A stretch of 64,000 nt of DNA from Felis catus (taxonomy: Eukaryota), in NCBI RefSeq assembly GCF_018350175.1, contig NC_058368.1:43340001-43404000 (forward strand). Direction: 5' to 3'. Shown here piece after piece: positions 26,331 to 39,743 of the stretch; the first letter of the stretch is position 1; each line of letters opens with the position of its first letter. The translations under genes were made by a program, and so were the position numbers. The notes beneath the pieces were generated by a model. The model saw nothing but the letters and a program-made list of their open reading frames with translations, searched no databases and was not told where the DNA came from.

Positions 26331-29300
26331 TAGAGGAGGCAATAAAAATAAAGGTTACTATGTAGTTTCAATGTTTTGCAATTAGAATTAAGAAAAATTT
26401 GTGTATGTAGGCTTAAAAACACAATTACTTGTCTGTCAGTGTTCTGATTGTCATCCTAAAACCTTTTAGGATGGTCTGATTTTTTACTTTTAGTAAGAGT
26501 TAAAATATAATAATTAGCCTATGAGTCATCTTGTTTACCTCTCAACGTGATTTTAGTGCTACCCAGAACTGATTAATTGAGAAAGGTCAGTAGCAAGTAG
26601 AAATTGGCGTGCTTATTTGCTCTCCTGGAAGTGAAGCCCAGACTATGAAGGACAGATTTCTGAAAATGGCTTTTTAAGAAAGTCACAATCTTTACAGAAA
26701 ATTAGCTAATAACCATGACTTTAGTCTCTAGTACACAACTCTTTGCCATCCTCCCTTTGTGGTTCTGTTTTACTAATAACATTATAAATATGTTCAGTCA
26801 TATGAAATAATTAGAATATTCAAGATAATGGGGTGACAAAGCTTTCCAAGCATATGTGATCAATTTATGTGAGATTAATGCCAAAAATGATTATATTTTG
26901 TTATTCTGTAAAATTATCAAACCACAGATAATAATAGTCAATACTGCTGGGTCATAAACATCAGTGATGGTATGAAGAGCAACTAACTACCACCCCCTAA
27001 ATGTGGAGATTCTTGCCAAAGATTACTATTGCCATTGTATGTTGAATACAAACATGGGTATTTATAAATGCTAATTTTGAGTGATCTGGGAATTGTTTTA
27101 CAAAAAAAAAAAAAAAAACCAACAAAGTTTATTGGAAAAACTAGGAGTTGAAACAGTAGGAAAATGTTTGATTAAGAAATATTGGCGAAAAAAAAAAGAC
27201 ATCTAAGAAAGCAAAACTGAAACTACTAAGAGGTGATTCAAAGGAATTAGGAAGAACTTTTGAGGGGGCTCTATTTTAATGAGAACAGCAATTCCCTTTT
27301 ATGGAAACTAGATGGGAAAGAATGTTCTGTTCATGCTGTCACAGACCTTCTGGACAATTTCAGTGAAAACATAAGTTCTTTCTCTGAGAAACCAGGAATA
27401 GCAAAACAAAACAAAATAAATTAGTGAATACACAAAATATTCTATCTTGTTAGTAGTAAAGGATATTACAGAGAACCTTTGTTATTTTTAAAGCATAAGC
27501 AGGGGGAAACTAATTCAATAAATCAAGCTTTTCATTTGCACATTGTAAAGCAATCTCAACTGAAGTTGAGATTCATCAGAAGTTTGACGATATTTGAAAT
27601 CATTCAGAAGAAGAAATAAACCTGCACACCAAATGACTAAAGTATCTCAAACAGCACTATAGCTTCTAGTGAGTACCATTTTGTTTCTGCTTATTTGCAC
27701 CTGTTGCAATATTGATATTGTTGCAAGTTCCTCAAATTGAACTTGATTTGTCTATTTTATTCCTGCTCTTAGATTAAGTCTTTACCTTTAGTCATTCCTG
27801 ACTTGAACCACTTTTATTTTTTAAATTCATCCTTCTTCTAGAGACCTTAATTGATACCTGAACAATTTCAGCTTCTCTGTTCCTATCACTTATCCTCATT
27901 CTGCATTAGATCTAAGCTTGAGAAATCTCCAGTTGTACTCAACTTTACCACAAATAGCAAGTCCCCATTTATGGTACATGTTACAGAAGTTGTTGGCATT
28001 TCATCTGGGCACAAGGGAGGGTAACTTACCCAAAGAATTCAGGACACATCACTATTAGTTGCTTTTGTACTATCTCCTAACTGCTCTGAAGCCAGAAAAA
28101 CTAAAAAAAGGTCTTAAGAAAGTCTCTAGGTAAACTCTTTGAATTCATATTCCACATGATGTGGTAAAAACTGTTAAGAGATAAGGCAACACTTCATATA
28201 ATTCTGAGACTGACACTGACACATTTTAGTAAGCCAGCTGACAAGCCAGACAAAGAAGTGGGTTAGGCCATACAAAGGACTAAAAAACTAAAGTTTCCTT
28301 TGATCAGTATGAAACAGTCATGACAGAAATAAGACAAGGTTTTAGAAACGCCTACATTATATGAGACGTAAAATCACAAGTACCACAATTATATCACGGG
28401 GGGCCAGGAATCAATCTAATAAGAGGCAGCATCATCTTCCTATCATTTCTGAATATAGTGATTTGAGAAAGTGCTGTTTCACCATTTTACAGACAGTAAA
28501 AGTCTGTTTATTTAGGAAAATTTAATTAAAAAATTGAATCTTATTTTAGACCATCATTCTCATTGAAAGTGAAAAAAAAAATCCCTGAAAAAAAAAACAT
28601 ACATTTCTCTCTAATGACAGAGGAAAGTTTCCTTCTTTCTATGTTACTATATAATAATCTTGAATTTACTATACATGTACATATGTATAGATTTTTATCT
28701 TAGAAATGTTAAAAAAATAGGTTGTAAAAGTGTTACACATTTCCAAAAATGTATATTGTATAATTATTCTGTTCTATAAAACAGAAATGATGTAAGAATA
28801 TACAGTATTTAAGAAATTATATTCAATCTAGTTTATGAATATTTATAAATGTTATGCATACATCCAAAACCAACTTTAAGAGAACTGAGCTTTTGCTGTG
28901 AAACAGAGATTTCTGAGCAGTAACTTGCAGATCATGTGTCATCTATCATCTTCTTGAAGGATATTTTGACATGAAGTTTAATTTGAGTCATCAGTTACCA
29001 TCTTTAAAAAATCCCACAGTGCTTGTTTTCTACCATCCCTTTTTATCAATTGTCAGAAATGAAACTAAGCCAAAGCGCCTTTATGACCTGCAATTTCAAA
29101 AATAATGCTCATCTACCAAACTCAAATATGCATAAGGAGCTTTCTGACTTGCTTAAGAAAGAATTTTCATTACTAAATTAAAAGGTAGGTCAACATTTCT
29201 TTCTCAGTTAAACTATAAGAATAAACACAATAGCCCTTAGCTATTTCAGACAATGTGGAGAATGTGATGGATAATGTTTTCTAGAGCATGACTAGAAAGG

Positions 29301-29506
29301 GAAGATGAAAAAAGCTTACATTAAAGGCCAAGAATGATAGTTAAAAGCATTGAGGACAGGGCATAATTTTTGCCTTTGAAAATTAAAGTTTAATTCTAAT
29401 AAAAGTGACATTGTATTATATTACATGATAAATTAGAATTTATGGATTGTATGTATATAAAAATGGATATATCAAGGAAACACATATTGTTTCAAAAACT
29501 CAACCT

Positions 29507-29680
29507 GGGATGCTTGGGTGGCTCAGTTGGTTAAGCATCCGACTTCAGCTAAGTCACAATCTCCCAGTTCCTGAGTTTGAGCCCTGCATCAGACTCTCTG
29601 CTGTCAGCACAGAGCCCACATTGGATCCTCTGTTTCCCTCTCTCTCTGCCTCTTGCTCCCACCTCAAAAATAAACATTTT
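29507..29680 (+). mobile_element. Can-SINE
   Basis: gggatgcttgggtggctcagttggttaagc head; flanks aaaaactcaac / aaaaatcaac. Confidence 0.93.
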
Positions 29681-30494
29681 AAAAAATCAACTTTTATTTG
29701 GAATTTTAATTAGGAGTTAGGGAACTCTAGATTTGTCAAACAACACACACTATTTCATAGATGGGGTTTGTATAAGCTAATTTTGAAAGGAGGGGGAAAC
29801 ATATCTTAAACTCAGACATGTTTTATGTTTCTCCAAGTGAGGCTGATATTAGGACATTGCACGAAAAGTTTTTACTCTGAACACATACATAAATGATAAT
29901 GATCTCATATTAATTTCTGGGAATTTTCTAATAGTTTGGGAATCACTGTATTCCTAAAATAATAAGTTATATAATATCCAACTACACAGTTTCTTGATTT
30001 ATATTAATATAAAAGATTAATGGCCACCATGCCAAGGTAATCAAAATTGTTCTCTTATTTCCATAGTGATGCCCCATTTTTTGAGCATATCAATATAATC
30101 CATTCAAGTGGAAAATAAGCCATCAGCAGCAGTAATTTATATTCAGAATTTCTCTAAATTCCAACAGTGAGATACAGACTTCCAAGAAACAAATTAGAGA
30201 ACACATGAAACATTAAGTGTATCATTTCTTCATCACCACAAACATTATTAAATACCTAGTAACACATGTGGGAATAGGATTTTGAATTTCTATTGCTTGA
30301 TACAGTAATAGCAACATCATAGAAAACAAAAACAAAAACAAAAACAAAACAAAATCTTTGGATTATGAGACCCACTATCTATCAATGATTCTACTAACCA
30401 GCACTATAGTTTATAGTTTATGGTAAATCACTTAATGCCTTGTGATAGACTATAAATGAACTGGCTCATTTAAAAAAAATCTTTATTTTATAGA

Positions 30495-30690
30495 GAAACT
30501 AGGTTTGAATCCCAGCTCTGATACTTATGAGTGCTATTATCTTGAGAAATGTATTTAATCTATATTCTTAGAGTTTTCTCACCTGTGAAACAGAAATAAT
30601 AAGAGTATTTAACTCATAGCATTGATGTAAATAGTAAATAATACAGCCTACTGGGGTTTCTTTTAAGTGTTGTTTCTATTATTACATGCA
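30495..30690 (+). mobile_element. MIR SINE
   Basis: ggtttgaatcccagctctgatactta...gttttctcacctgtgaaacagaaataataa. Confidence 0.75.
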
Positions 30691-32494
30691 TTTTCCCCAC
30701 ATTCTTAAGGGTTACTTAAAAAACATTTTTGGTATAAATAATCATGCATTTAAGGCAATTTTCAATGTGCTTGCATAGAAGTAGAACAATGTGTACTTAG
30801 TGTTTTTTTTTTCTATGTCAGAAAGCCTAGATTGTGGAATTGTATAAGTGAACTTTAGAATGTCTAATTAATGTAAGTTCCATTTATTTTTACTTTTTTT
30901 GCCCTCCATGACATCCACAGAATGCTGTGCAAATAGTATTCACACTGTGAATAGTTATTACTGCTTATTGTATTGCATTGATTTCAGTTGAATTAAAATT
31001 TCTATATAAAGTAGCTGAGGATTAGATTTATGCATTTGGACAAAGGTATACAGGGGTTCTGAAGGTGTTTCTAAGCTAGATAGATAAATTGGATAATATG
31101 TAATAAAATTATCTAATACTTGCCTAACTCACTCACCAACCAGATACAAAACACAGACGCCTATTTCAATGGTGTTGACAAAGAGGAATGTAGTGGAAAT
31201 GGCTGCCATTCTTTGTCTTGCAGACTTTGGATAAGATTTTCTTAATCTTAATTCTTTGACTATATTTAGCTGGCGATAGATGAGGTGGTAATGACTTATT
31301 TTGGACCATGGCTTAACTTTAGTATTGTGGCTGACGCGCTTTAGCTATTTGTTCAAGGGAGACACCGAGTGAATGATTTGGATCTCAAAGCATTATATAA
31401 TAAAGCCTTACCTATGTCACAGCAGCCTCTTGTTTCCTATGTCCTTTTTAAGAATGTGAACCATAGTGCACCATTATTACTGATTAAAGGTTTTTCCACT
31501 TTTATATATGCCCTAAAAAGCAGAGGCTAACAATAGTGACTACTGTTTTATAAATCTTAAAATGATTATTTAACTAATGGAAGAAGAATAGGTAAAAATA
31601 AAATGTTAAATATTGAATTGCCCGAATAGATCCCTTTTTCTGTACCTGGAGATCAGGACATAGCTTCACCAAATTTCATTTGGAAATGTAAACTACTTAA
31701 GATACCAAAACTTGATATATAAAGAGTATGTCAGAACTGATTCTGTAGGTTACCCATGTTTTAACATCAATCGGAATATATTTAGCTATGCTCAAGACAT
31801 AGTCTTGTTGAGTATGGACACACTCTCTCTTTAGAATTTCACTAAACACTTTTATTTTAAGGGTAATCATTTCCTTGATCATCCATTTCCTGGGAGAGTT
31901 CTCCAAATGAGAACATGTGAGATTATTTTAGGTTGACAGTTCTCCAGTGGCAGCTTACTTAAACCAGTAATAAGCTCATTAAATCTAAAGATTTCATAGA
32001 AACTGTGATAAGAGACACAATCAACTTAAGGGCTTTTCAGGGAAAAAAATCATAAAAGTATACTCTAAAACAACTGAGTAAGAGCTATTTGATTGCCACC
32101 TTTCCAAGTACTACCAAGTCGGTCTCAGATTGATGGGTAATGAATAGCAGAAATTCACCAGCCTCACTGCTCATTTCAACAATGTACACCTTGCCTGGAA
32201 TGCTCTTCATTTCTCTCATCTATCAAAATCCTGTCCACTTATCAAGGCTGAGCTCAATATTTCTTTTCCATAAAAATCTCTCTGAATATGACACCCTTCA
32301 ATAATTTTCTGCTTTTCTGAATTTCTATGGTGAATTTAGTCTACATGACCTTGTTTAACATTTCATCACAGGGTTTTCTTTTGAAATTCTATTTTTAGTG
32401 CCACAATCCTATTTGACATAATTATTGACTAAGTGCTTCTATTTAGCAGTATATATCAAATTATAGGAGCTTCTCAAGTCTGAAAACATTTTGA

Positions 32495-32933
32495 TCTTTT
32501 GTAGGTTGAACTTCCTAGAAAACAAACTCAGAGACTGAGATTATTATGCAGGCAGGACATTTATTAGGAATATATTTATTTTGGGATAAACATCTGTGGG
32601 AAATGGGGAGGAGGGTTTGGGGTAAAAAGACAAGTAGTGTTGTGATTTAGTTTCACAATGACCTCATATGACTCCACAGGGAGCTCTGAAACTGGGATGG
32701 CTCTTCAGAGATGTTCTACATTGGAACAAAGAAGGCAAGTCTTCAGATGTTCTCACTAAACAGTCATTAGGGATACAACATACAGGGAAGGTGGGTGAGG
32801 CAACTCTTTCTAATTAAAAACAATTTATAAAAAGGAATAAAATCTGAGAGTTGCCTGCTGACAGTCTCAGCAACTGGGGAATTAAGTCAGTGTTGAATAG
32901 AGATTTAGGTGGCATGTAACAGTATCCATTACA
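32495..32933 (-). mobile_element. ERVL solo LTR (LTR16A-like)
   Basis: ccacagggagctctgaaactgggatggctcttcagag...cagtcatt...cagcaactgggga...cagtatccattaca. Confidence 0.75.
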
Positions 32934-33099
32934 TAGCCTTAAATGAAAACTGGAAAATGAAAAAGGAAAAATTAGAAAAGCAACTCAACTGGATGTATCA
33001 ATTAACAAAAGATGCAGTATCAGGTTAGAGAAAACTACACCAAAGCAAACAAAGGGTATAAAATGGACCTATATTTGTCCCTCTCTGCAAAACAGAACA

Positions 33100-33275
33100 A
33101 TGTGGCAGGGTTATTTTGTTAGAATTCCCCATGGGATTATGTGAGTTCATTATCTAGACTGTTTTCCAGCCCAACTTCATCTGCCCAGATCTGCCTCTTT
33201 TTTTTTTCTCTTACTCTTTTTCTCCTAAAGGTACACTAATAAAATTCCTGCTAGCAAATTTGCATTTCAAAATTT
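33100..33275 (+). mobile_element. LTR16-like 3' fragment
   Basis: cagcccaacttcatctgcccagatctgcctc...cactaataaaattcctgc. Confidence 0.45.
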
Positions 33276-33983
33276 AATAGTATACACATGGTTTTCTTAG
33301 ATCAGAAAATGGAAATATGGCTTTGTTACTTCTTTTGAACTTTCTGGAGCACTTGCATATCTAAAGTACCACTCCAAAATAGCAAAGAAGTTTTAGTATA
33401 AAATTAATGCAATGGAGACATAAGATGAAAGGATCTATACTACATCATATATTGCATATCATATTTAGTAGGAAAGTGAACTTTGGACTGTGAAGTTTTT
33501 CCTTAATGCAGTGTCAGCTCCTAATGATAGGGCAATAGAAGGCTACAACCACATGGTACCTGTTTCTAGAGCATAAGCTAGCTGATCACTATCACTTTAA
33601 TGAAATGTCAAGACTCAGTGATAGGCTGCAGGTAGGAGCCTTAGTGGAGATCTGAGATATTGAGGTGGTGCAATAATGAGCAATGAATCATGAGAGGAGG
33701 GTGTTGGAAATGGTAGGTATAAGGAGTAGAAGTAGGTTACAAGTCATCTGAAGAATTTAGAAGGGGAGATGAACACTTAAAAGAGATTTAGCAGCAGAGA
33801 GGTCATATTAAAACTTCGAGGGACAGTGTATCAATGGAAGAGAAAGAATTTGATAAAGGGACTAGGAACAGAAAGGATATGAAAAGTTAGTTTTCAGGCA
33901 TCATGTATACTAAATGATCAGTTAGTAAATACATTAACGTAGATATTAGGATGATAGTCTCAACTTAGTTTTAAAATTGTGTA

Positions 33984-34192
33984 GGGGTGCCTGGGTGGCT
34001 CAGTTGGTTGAGCATCCAACTTCAGCTCAAGTCATGATCTCACAGCTTGAGTTTGAGCCCCGCATGGGGCTCTGTGTTGACAGCTAGGAGCCTGGCGCCT
34101 TCTTTGGATTCTGTGTCTCCCTCTCTCTCTGCCCTCCCACGCTCACACTCTGTCTCTCTCTCTCTCTCAAAAATAAATAAACATTAAAAAAA
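33984..34192 (+). mobile_element. Can-SINE
   Basis: ggggtgcctgggtggctcagttgg head; TSD ttttaaaattgtgt. Confidence 0.96.
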
Positions 34193-34469
34193 TTTTTAAA
34201 ATTGTGTGTATGTGTTATGTATGTGTATATTTGCTATGTATTATGAGAAAGTAAAAATCTGGTAAAAAGTAGCAATACTAAATATTTAGTTAGTGTGTAC
34301 CATATAATTTACTAGACATTAGGCATTCAACAAATAAGCACTAGTTCAACATATATTTATTGAGTGTCTACTATGAGTTAGCGTTCTTAAGGATGAAGAT
34401 ATGGAATGAGCAAAATGGGCCTTCCTGCCCTTATGATATTTACATTTCAGTGGGGGGTAAGTAATAACA

Positions 34470-35203
34470 TTTTGTAGATATGCAATAATTTTCTAAAGTG
34501 GCCTGACATAGGGGTGCCTGGGTGGCTCAGCTGTTGAAGCGTCCAACGTTGGCTCAGGTCATTATTTCACTGTTTGTGAGTTCGAGTCCAGTGTTGGGCT
34601 TTGTGCTGACAGCTCAGAGCTTAGAGCCTACTTTGGGTTCTGTGTCTCCCTCTTTCTCTGTCCCTCCCCCACTCACACTGTGTGTCTGTCTCTCTCCAAA
34701 ATAAATAAATAATCATAAAAAAAAGTGGCTTCACATACCACAAAGGCTATTAAACCTAACTCCATAACTAACATTCCAGGTAAAAATCAATGTGTACCCC
34801 TTAGATGAACTCTCATAAGATTTGGAACAAACAATGAAACAGAAGCTATCTTCTGTACTTTTTCAGTTTCTTTTCTTCTGTATGCAAATTGATGGGGAAG
34901 TTTTCCTACAGAATTCCAGTTTAAAATTGGATGCTGAGAGGCAATTGCAATAGCAACATAAGAGTATATTTTTTATTCTTGATCTCATGACTAGTGTCAT
35001 AGGCTCATAGACAATCCAATAATAGTGGATTCCTACATGAGTCTGTTGTTCTCATTTTCCAGGACTCATCCTGGAGACTCAGTTTTGGCTGCTCTTGTAG
35101 ATATTTGAACAATTTTGTTAATATCTAATTATCTGTACAAAATGTCTTCTTACTCAAAATATCTAGAGTGATTTCTGCTTCCTTTAGTGAACTTGTACTG
35201 ATA
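34470..35203 (+). mobile_element. ERVL LTR (LTR33-like) interrupted by a SINE
   Basis: 3' end tactcaaaatatctagagtgatttctgcttcc...gaacttgtactgata resembles the LTR33 terminus. Confidence 0.5.
34511..34721 (+). mobile_element. Can-SINE
   Basis: TSD aaagtggcctgacata / aaagtggcttcacata. Confidence 0.96.
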
Positions 35204-35694
35204 ATGTAAGTACATTATCTTATCACTCCAGGTTGGATATTTTCTTTTTACTTTGCTAAATTAATTAGAATGAATCAATCTACCCAACAACAAAATTACT
35301 TCAAATACATAGAAATAATAGTCTGACTTGCTCTGTTAGGTAACTGCAAATAAACATCTTTTTCAGTTTTAACTAGACTCAATTAGTTTCAGTAACAACA
35401 AAACAACACTCAAAAATTCTTCTACTCATTATCAGCGGACTTTCTTTTCCAATGCAAACAAGGAATACAACTATCTCACAATTCCTAAGTAAGAGGAATT
35501 AATTCTATTTGATGTTGGCTAAGACATCATGGTAGAGAGTACTTTACATGTGAACATGCTAAAGAATCCTCCCTTCTTCTACTATATTTATGTTTCAATA
35601 CTGTCTCCATCTCTAACATTATTAATCCTATCTTAATTTATTCCTGGTTCAAATGAATTTCATTTCTCTTTTAACAGTTAAATGTTAATTTGCA

Positions 35695-36140
35695 TGTAAC
35701 TAGGCTTTACCAGGCTTTTGAACCTTTGTAAATGAATGTGCTGTTTGGCCATAAAATTTTTTAAATTTCTGCATTGTCCAGGCTTCATTATTGAACGTCA
35801 GACATGACATTTGCTTATAAAAGATAACCACAAGCAACTTTCTTATCTGTCTCTGAGTCATTTGTTTATATTCCAGGGTAAAGACCTTCCCCATCCTCCA
35901 TAGAGATGTGTTTACTTAGAGAATAAAGTCTGTTTCTCTCTGGCTAAAGACCAGCAGATGTGACAAGTTGGTGTATTTAACCTCCAAGTCTTATACTTTC
36001 ATCATCTTCTGTGGTACAAGCTACACCATCAATTCAAGTACATTTGATGTATATCACATCATCCTATGGAAAACTGGGGCAAGGGGAACAAGTGAAGCTA
36101 AGATTATCTGTGAGTAATTAAAGTTCTTCTGATGGAGAGA
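35695..36140 (+). mobile_element. degenerate ERVL LTR (MER73/MER74-like)
   Basis: actggggcaaggggaac...ctgtgagtaattaaagttc resembles the MER74 3' region. Confidence 0.35.
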
Positions 36141-36790
36141 TATTATATTTCCTCTCAGAATAAATGAATAAATGTAGACATGGAAAAACTTAATCATCAT
36201 GTTTTCATGAAGGCTTAAATTATGATGATTATTTCCCCCCATCAACTCATAAGAATTCAACAGTGTTCCAGAGACTTAAATACCTTTTTACTACTCTTAT
36301 ACTTGATTAACACTTTTTAAAAAATTAACTTCACATGTAACTTAGATGTATTTTCATTATGAAAGGAATATAATATACTAAGACTGGATCTTTAAAAACT
36401 CAAAACCACATTTTTGTTTAAACTTGTAACTCTGCCTAGCATGTGTTCTGTGCTATGTGTTATACTGAACATATAAACAAGCATCTCCTACTTGCAACAC
36501 TTTCCTATAAAACTCTAAAATGATATAAATCTTTCCGGCTACTTTAATATTTATATATACTTTTATTCAATCCTCTGCTTCTCTTGTATTATCTTCTTCA
36601 ACATGGAATTTGTTTTTCAACAATTTCTCTATGTTAATGATGATCATATTTATATATACTGATGGATAATCTCACTTTGTCATGTGAAATTCAGCTACCA
36701 TTTATATATGAATGAATGATCTCATTCTTCCTAAACATCCTCTAAGCCACAAATGTCTTAAAACTTTCCATACAGTTTAGAGCATGTTTT

Positions 36791-37012
36791 TTTTAAAAAT
36801 TTTTTTTTTCAACGTTTATTTATTTTTGGGACAGAGAGAGACAGAGCATGAATGGGGGAGGGGCAGAGAGAGAGGGAGACACAGAATCGGAAACAGGCTC
36901 CAGGCTCTGAGCCATCAGCCCAGAGCCCGACGCGGGGCTCGAACTCCCGGACCACGAGATCGTGACCTGGCTGAAGTCGGACGCTTAACCGACTGCGCCA
37001 CCCAGGCGCCCC
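36791..37012 (-). mobile_element. SINEC_Fc, very young
   Basis: Perfect TSD agagcatgtttt at 36779-36790 and 37013-37024; CpG-intact. Confidence 0.97.
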
Positions 37013-37199
37013 AGAGCATGTTTTGATTAAGATGCCTAAGCTACAGATCATCCTTGTGACAAATATATGTTTCAGTTAAATACTGAATTATAGAGAGATT
37101 TTTTTCTTCTTTTAAGATGATGAAGTACAAGAAAAATAGAGGAACCTCTAGTAAACAACAGCAGAATTGAGGATGATTTCTGGTCAAGATGGTGTTTTG

Positions 37200-38257
37200 A
37201 GTTTTATATCTTGGCACGTCTTCTCTGATCATGAACATGTCATGATTAGTATAGCTCCTTATTCTGTAGCAGAGGACTAGTTGACCTTGTGACAAGGTAT
37301 AATTGGAAACAAAATGGCTGGGTTAATTTTCTACATTAGTCCATCTAATACCTCTGTGTATCATCCTCTTTGGTCATTTACTCAATGCCTATTTTAGGGG
37401 TCACACAATCTGTGGATACTACATAGCTAGTGCAGTTTGAGGGCCCAGAAGTTTTTAGGAGGAACAAAGCGTTTTGCAGAATGGATGTGTGCTTTCTTTG
37501 GTAGTACAGACTTCTCAATAGCATAATTGGTTTTCAGTTTATCTGCTTCTCGCCTATTAATCATGGGGAGTGACAATGATTAGACATGAGTTTTAAGCAT
37601 CTAAACTCTACCTATCTTACTCAATTTAATGAATCTACTTGGAATCTAAATGGAACTACTGGCTTTCCCTTGAAGCCTATAATCTTATTCCTGAATCTGT
37701 TAGCCATCTCTTAACCTTTTGTATGGTGCTACATAATTTTAATATACTGTTAGTGCTGCTCATACGGTGTTTCTTCTAACTAATTAATTGAGAGAATCAT
37801 AAGCTGTTGGATTTTCAAACACTTTAAGACTGTAAATTATGGTGTTCTCATTTATCTTAGTTTTTAGACCTCAGGCAGACGTTGTCATTGTAAGAAGAGA
37901 TGTATTCTCTTTCATGGTGGCTTGCTTTGCACACTAGTTATCTGTCATATAAATTCATCTCTTTGGGGAGCTTTGCTAAAACTATAAAGAAGCAAACAAC
38001 ACATATCAATATTCTGAATATTTTCTTTTATTATTCCCCATGCTGAAAAATTTGTTGGCTTCAATTTTTGGTATTATGAGTCAGTTTTACCAAATCTTTT
38101 ACTTAGCCTAACAAGAATCATTAGCTCTCTAGCCTCTCATATTGAATTTTTGATATTTAACATTTAACTACTAAGCCAACACCAATTTTTTATATATATA
38201 TATGTGTGTGTGCGTATCTGTTTTAGGTTTTGTTAAACATAGCCCCTCATTTCCAGG
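37200..38257 (-). mobile_element. MaLR internal region relic (MLT1-int)
   Basis: ttttaggttttgttaaacatagcccctcatttccaggt abuts the LTR, as expected for the reverse MaLR leader; left boundary uncertain. Confidence 0.45.
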
Positions 38258-38732
38258 TTAGTTAGGTCATTATACTCGGCAGCATGAAACCAATTCCCTA
38301 AGTACAGAACCTCAAGCAAGATAAAAGCTGACATAAATTACAACTGTAGTCAGTTCAGGCTTGGTATGGCAATACTCAGTCATTAAGGACTCATGATGCT
38401 TACAGCTTCCTACTAATTCATCTATAGGATATGGCAATCTTCTTCATACATCAAGATGGAGTTGTAGCTATCACATCCACATTCAAAGCAGCAGAATGAA
38501 AGAAAGGGCAGTAGAGTCGAGTCTTCGGGTATCATTAAAGGAAATATGCCAGAAAAGGCTTCCTTTGCTTATATCTCACTAGCCAGATTTTAAGGACATG
38601 GCCAGACCTAGCTTCCAGAGAGACTGGGAAATGATGTCTTTACCCTGAGTTGTCATATACCCAGGTAAAATTATATTGCTGAGGAAAAGGAAGAGAATGC
38701 ATATTAGGAGACTGTTAATAGTCTCTGCTAAA
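38258..38732 (-). mobile_element. MaLR LTR (MLT1J-like)
   Basis: tcaagatgg...tcacatccacattcaaagcagcag...cttatatctcactagccaga...acatggccagacctagcttccagagagactgggaaatg. Confidence 0.75.
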
Positions 38733-38744
38733 CCTAAAGAGATC

Positions 38745-39120
38745 ATTCCAAACTCATACAAATCCTTTTTAAAATAGAAAAGATGAAAACCTGCTCAAAT
38801 TTCTCTTTTGGGCTAACAAAAATTTTTATAACCAAACGCAGATATTGACACTATAAGAAAATGAAACATAAACCAATCTAAGCAAATGCAGTTCAAAAAA
38901 AAAAACTGCTAAATAAAATACTAACACAAACAGATACACACACACACACACCAATAATGTATTTATTTTTGTAATTCATATTGAAGATGGTTCAACAATT
39001 GAAAAGAAGAAATTCCTTAAAAGACCATTTTAATAGGTGAAAGGAGAAAAATATACGATTATTTTAATAGATGGGAAAAACACTAAATACAATTTAAAGG
39101 ATATTTAGTTAGTAAATCAA
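38745..39120 (+). mobile_element. ancient L1 (L1ME-like) ORF2 relic, left part
   Basis: Degenerate ORF2-like A-rich sequence (accaaacgcagatattgacactataagaaaatgaaac, gatggttcaaca, ttttaatagatgggaaaaa); continues at ~47200. Confidence 0.5.
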
Positions 39121-39280
39121 TACCTATATATCATAGGTCAACTTTATATCATGAAATCACAATTTTAGGCACTACATATGGTAAACATAGAAGAGAATCT
39201 CCCTGATAACTTGGAGCTTAAATTATAGAAAAAAACTCTCAGGATAATTAGAATAAAATATAATTGCTTAATTTGCCAGA

Positions 39281-39521
39281 TTATCAAAGAACATCTGGTA
39301 AGAGGTTAATCTCCAAAATATAAAGAACTCCTACAACTTGGTAGCACAAAACATTTAATAAGCTGATTAAAAAATGAACTAAGGACATAAATAGACATTT
39401 TTCCAAAGCAGACGTACAAATGCCCAAAAAGTATATAAAAAAATGCTCAAGGTGACTAATCATTAGGGAAATGCAAATCAAAACCACAATGAGATATCAC
39501 CTTAAATTTGTCAGGATGGCT

Positions 39522-39561
<40 letters not shown>

Positions 39562-39743
39562 GATTCCAAGTTTTGGCTAGAATGTGGAGAAACTAGAACC
39601 CCACAAATGCTACTGCTGGAATGTAAAATGGTGTGGCCACTATGAAAACCAGTATGGAGATTCCTTAAAAAATTAAAAACTTAACTAGCATATGCTTCAG
39701 CAATCCCACTTTTCATTACTCATCCAAAAGAATTAAAATCCAG
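39281..39743 (+). mobile_element. older L1 (L1MA/MB-like) 3' region, left part
   Basis: aatagacatttttccaaag...cattagggaaatgcaaatcaaaaccacaatgagatatcac...cagcaatcccactt; resumes at 46721. Confidence 0.85.
39521..39561. repeat. (AAC)n microsatellite, about 13 units
   Basis: Direct reading. Confidence 0.95.

Noticed and set aside
26452..26473. 10-bp perfect inverted repeat catcctaaaa-cc-ttttaggatg
   Set aside because: A few such short palindromes are expected by chance in 64 kb of AT-rich DNA, and it is too short for a pre-miRNA.
27552..27573. 10-bp inverted repeat aatctcaact-ga-agttgagatt
   Set aside because: Same chance argument; no extended stem or flanking element.
32495..33275. Opposite-strand LTR16 pair as a provirus or hairpin
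   Set aside because: Proviral LTRs are direct repeats, and these copies are too diverged and partial to pair.
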